Shown here: piece after piece, positions 60,537 through 64,000 of the stretch
Numbering within the stretch: the stretch's first letter is position 1
Layout of the letters: each line of letters begins with the position of its first letter
From: Moniliella sp. 'wahieum'
Lineage: Eukaryota
Length of the DNA stretch: 64,000 nucleotides
Assembly: GCA_003971905.1 (NCBI GenBank)
Contig: RSEE01000058.1
Coordinates: 310,001-374,000, forward strand
Reading direction: 5' to 3'
Notes under the pieces: generated by a model
What the model saw: the letters and a program-made list of their open reading frames with translations, nothing else
Database searches by the model: none
What the model was told of the DNA's origin: nothing
Position numbers and translations under genes: made by a program

Positions 60537-61506
60537 TCATAACGGCACGCAAACGGGGAGGGGAAGGGGGGTTGGAATGGTCCGGAACCCCGACGGTGGT
60601 CTCTTTCTTCGCATTTTTTCTTCCGTCGTGACCGTGGGTGGTGTCGAGGGAGTGGTGAGGGGCAAATCTGGCCTTAACTTTTCAGGATCGCCAATTTTGT
60701 CCTTAGGGTCAAACTCCGTCGGGTCATGGTGTATGGTAACCGTAAGGATACCCGCGGTGAGAACGATGGATGTGTGCGGCGTGGCGGTGGGAGGAATATA
60801 AGCAGCCGAAAGACCAATGAGCACATCCCATCCGCCCGGTACGTTGTGATCCATAAGGTTGTCCAAACGGAAAGAAATGGCCTCGGTGGCATCCGCAAAG
60901 GATGCCGGCGTGGTGGACAAGACTGCGTTAACGTGTGTGCAAACCTTCTCTGCCATCTCGTCCGACATGGTTGTGGAAGCGATGGCAGGGTTGGGGATGG
61001 GAGGGACAGAGACAGTCTCATTTGACGGCTTCGTCTCCTCCGTTGCCATGTCGATCTCCTCAACATGGTCGGTTACTTTCTCACTTACAGGGATATTCTC
61101 CTTCGCAATGGCGCCTTCTCCTGAGCCTTTTTCGTGTACAGAGCGATTGCACCAGATAGCGTAGAACATATCGCCGTGCTTAACGTTTAAAAACGTGTTG
61201 GCATCTGCAGAAGTAGGGGGTGGGGGTTAGGGCGTGTGACCCGCATCACAAAAAGACGCACGCCCTGATATTGTCAGAAAGGGTGAGGAAAACGTACCAT
61301 CGCAGACGCTGAACTCGAACGAGGCGCCAGAGATGCAGGACAGGACAGTGGGGGGAGAGAGCTGCATCGAGGTCTTTTGAAATCTGGCGGGCCGGGGCGA
61401 GGGTGGGATGAGGATGGGCAAGGGCGTTGGAGAGAACGAAGAGGGCGATGCGTTGGGTGTCAAGACTCATGTCCGAGTCAAGGACCTGCAGGTGAGTGGG
61501 AGCCAT
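60537..61506 (-). CDS. Protein with two divergent dynein light chain LC8-like domains
   Basis: Domain 1: LQVLDSDMSLDTQRIAL..QISKDLDAALSP/LSCISGASFEFSVCD|DANTFLNVKHGDMFYAIW. Domain 2: IASTTMSDEMAEKV..AISFRLD..GGWDVLIG..SIVLTAGILTVTIH. Intron 61205-61297 (GTACGT..CCTAAC..CAG). TATATA at about 61628-61636 (minus). One frameshift near 61355. Confidence 0.55.
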
Positions 61507-64000
61507 GGTGGGTAGAAGAATGAGAAAGCGGGCACGAAGGGGAGGATGGTGGCGACGAGGACGGATAGAGGGGAAAAGGAGCCAACCGTTGGTGCAGGGG
61601 GAGTGGGGGGGCAGCGACGGAGAAGATTATATATATGTACCTTCGGACTGTGTTATTATAATCGCCCACTTCGATCAATAAGCTCAATCGACACATGAAA
61701 TAAGTTATGCCCACCGGCTCAGCGCTCAGCCTGGGGCTGAGCGGTCACCCGCGGGGCCAGCCCTCGTACGAGGGTGGTCTGGGTCGGTGTGTTAGCGTAC
61801 GGCCGCACCGCCACAATCGGACACCGAGTAGCACGGAGGGACTCGGCTGAGATTCGATACAGGAGTCGTGAGTACTGAGTGCAGAGGATAATGGCCTAGC
61901 TAGCGCCAACTACTGTGCATGAGAAGAGAGCGCTTGAGAGCACTGTTGAGTATCGAGGAGAACGAGAAGAGCACAGGCCAACAGGGGTATTGGTTCGTTA
62001 TTACATCGGGTGTGCTCTATCTCTGCTGCGCTCGGACGGTACGGTATACGTGTGGTGGAGCAAAATGGTAACGTGGTTAAGCGAGAGACGTCCTATTTCA
62101 CTTTCATCAGTGGAACACGTATGCCGAGGAGACTGCGAGAGCTGCGCCCACAGCAATCTCATATGTGGTCAGAGCCTGTATCGGGCTTACACGGCTTACG
62201 CCCAGTACGCACTCTTTGCTGTCAAAAACGCACTTCCGATATCCTCAGCAGGAACGATGAGTCCGATGAGTGTGTATCTGCAAAAAGGTTGGTCGATATA
62301 TAATCACCATAGGGGGATGCTGATCAGACGGGGTTTACACGTATGTGTTCACTACAAAGGTTCACACTGATACAGACACCATTGTGGTGTCAACGAAGCT
62401 TCCCATACTTAGTACATATGGCTTTCCCACACTACGGAATTCAGTTTGAATATATTCACCCCGAATATATGGAAGACAAGAAGTTGGGTATAGAAAAGGT
62501 ATGTTTCGTCATAGCGGCAAAACATCAATTTAACAGGTCTTTGCTGTGTGGTTGGAGGTCGTCTCAAGGATTGCGTGGTGAAAAGGTATCACGACAGATT
62601 GTGGTTACACAGTCGTAAAGCTCCACGAGCTCTGTTATTCTCAGTTCGATTCTGGGCGCAGTCACTTTTTTGCGCGGCAAGTCCCTCATTAACTTTTGTT
62701 CAAATGCCCGGCCTTCAATCAGTGGCCAGTAGCGAAGAAGAGTAATAACGAGGAGACTACCGGGCCTACGGCCCGGTCTGCTGAGGCTTCGCGCCAGCCT
62801 GTCCTTGCACTGATGGCGACGGTTCTCATGCCATCATTCCCCCTTCGTCTCCATCATTATCATTCCATTGACCCCCTTTTCCCCACTGTGGTCTACCGTT
62901 CCAAAGGCCCCTTTCCCACCGTCAGCGCTGTCCACCGTTCCATCATCCTCAGAGACCTTCACTCCCGTGTGCAGCAGATAGGTTAACGTTCCAGCATATT
63001 CATCGTGTGGCATAGTATACCGTTCTGTAGTCAGTAGGATCAGCAGACCGTGTTCTCTTTTTAATAGCATAGAGATGAGATTTGGAAGCGAGTGAGGGGA
63101 ACCACGAAAGGCCCTGGTTTGCGTTTGCTGGCGATTCTACCGGCCGCTTGATTGAGTTGGAACGAGACATACTATCTGTCCCAAACTTCACAGGATGCGT
63201 TATTAACACTAAGGTAGAGGTGATGTGTATATATGTGTGTGCATGGTATATCGGGATGGACAGAACCAAACAACATTGCCATCAAGTCTGATCCCCATAT
63301 GATGCTTGACCTGGTCCGCTCATCGACTCATCCCATCTCCAAGGTTCGTTTGTTGCATCGTACTTCGTCATTATCCATCACTTGATGAATTATGATCTTC
63401 TTTGTAGTGTTCCACATACTGTGACCATGACTTGAACACCTCGCGGCAGTGAGGGCAGTAATACGACAATGAAGGGCCCGCCATATCGAAATCGAAGTTG
63501 AGAGCTGTGGATCAAGAAGTGAGTGAGTATACTGTCACAGCCAGGACTCGGCTCCAAACAAAACTTGCTGAGGCTCTGCTTTGGTTCTTGGATCAGAGAA
63601 AGAGAGGAACACATACCTGCCAGTGCCTGCAACGCAGTGGTGCTGGGAAAGGTCCGATACGAGAGTGATATCGGGGGGATAATTGGTGGAAGTATAGAGA
63701 GAAACGGGAAAATTATATACGCAGGAGAGAGAAGTGCAAAATTTTCGCACTGCGTTCACAGATCTCTCTCGGTTACTTTCGTATCCCTGTTGGGGGTGTC
63801 CGGTCCATGTTTCCTCGTGATAATGACGGGAGAGTGCCGGGCTATGCCCCAGTATCGCATAGAAGACATACGTCCTACTCTAGCACTCCACTTGTGCTTT
63901 CTCATCGTACACGGTCGGATTATGTGCACGGACGATGGACATGATAGGCCCAACAGCTGTTGGATCGCGTTCAACGCGCCGCGCAACTACTACCTAAAAG

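Overview
This is eukaryotic, GC-rich fungal DNA with few introns (GTACGT/GTATGT donors, CTAAC/CTGAC branch points). The gene content is most consistent with a basidiomycete, possibly Ustilaginomycotina; that placement is inference. Recognisable genes are a Syp1-like F-BAR protein (partial), a Sec7+PH ARF-GEF, a GH5 glucanase, a C2H2/fungal-TF-domain regulator, a large Gly/Ser/Thr-rich hydrophilin, an AGC1-like mitochondrial carrier, phospholipase B, ETF-beta, a Ser-rich GPI-type protein, a tandem-CCCH protein, a Jsn1/Puf1-like RRM-Pumilio protein and an Spt23/Mga2-like factor. Almost every gene is broken by 1-nt indels, most likely assembly error, so CDS ends are approximate. Several items are invisible to the ORF track. 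(1) A spliced non-coding host gene carries intronic C/D snoRNAs snR61 and snR55, separated by a 4-nt micro-exon. (2) A 34-aa CxxC-x11-CxxC zinc-ribbon microprotein gene has a TATA box and introns in both UTRs, and there is a second candidate of 43 aa. (3) A protein appears to contain two divergent dynein-light-chain (LC8)-like domains. (4) The intergenic DNA carries a pervasive 7-bp-period grammar, T[C/G]A plus a 4-bp palindrome, that uses at least 10 different cores and can switch cores in register. No CRISPR array, tRNA, rRNA or intact transposon was seen.
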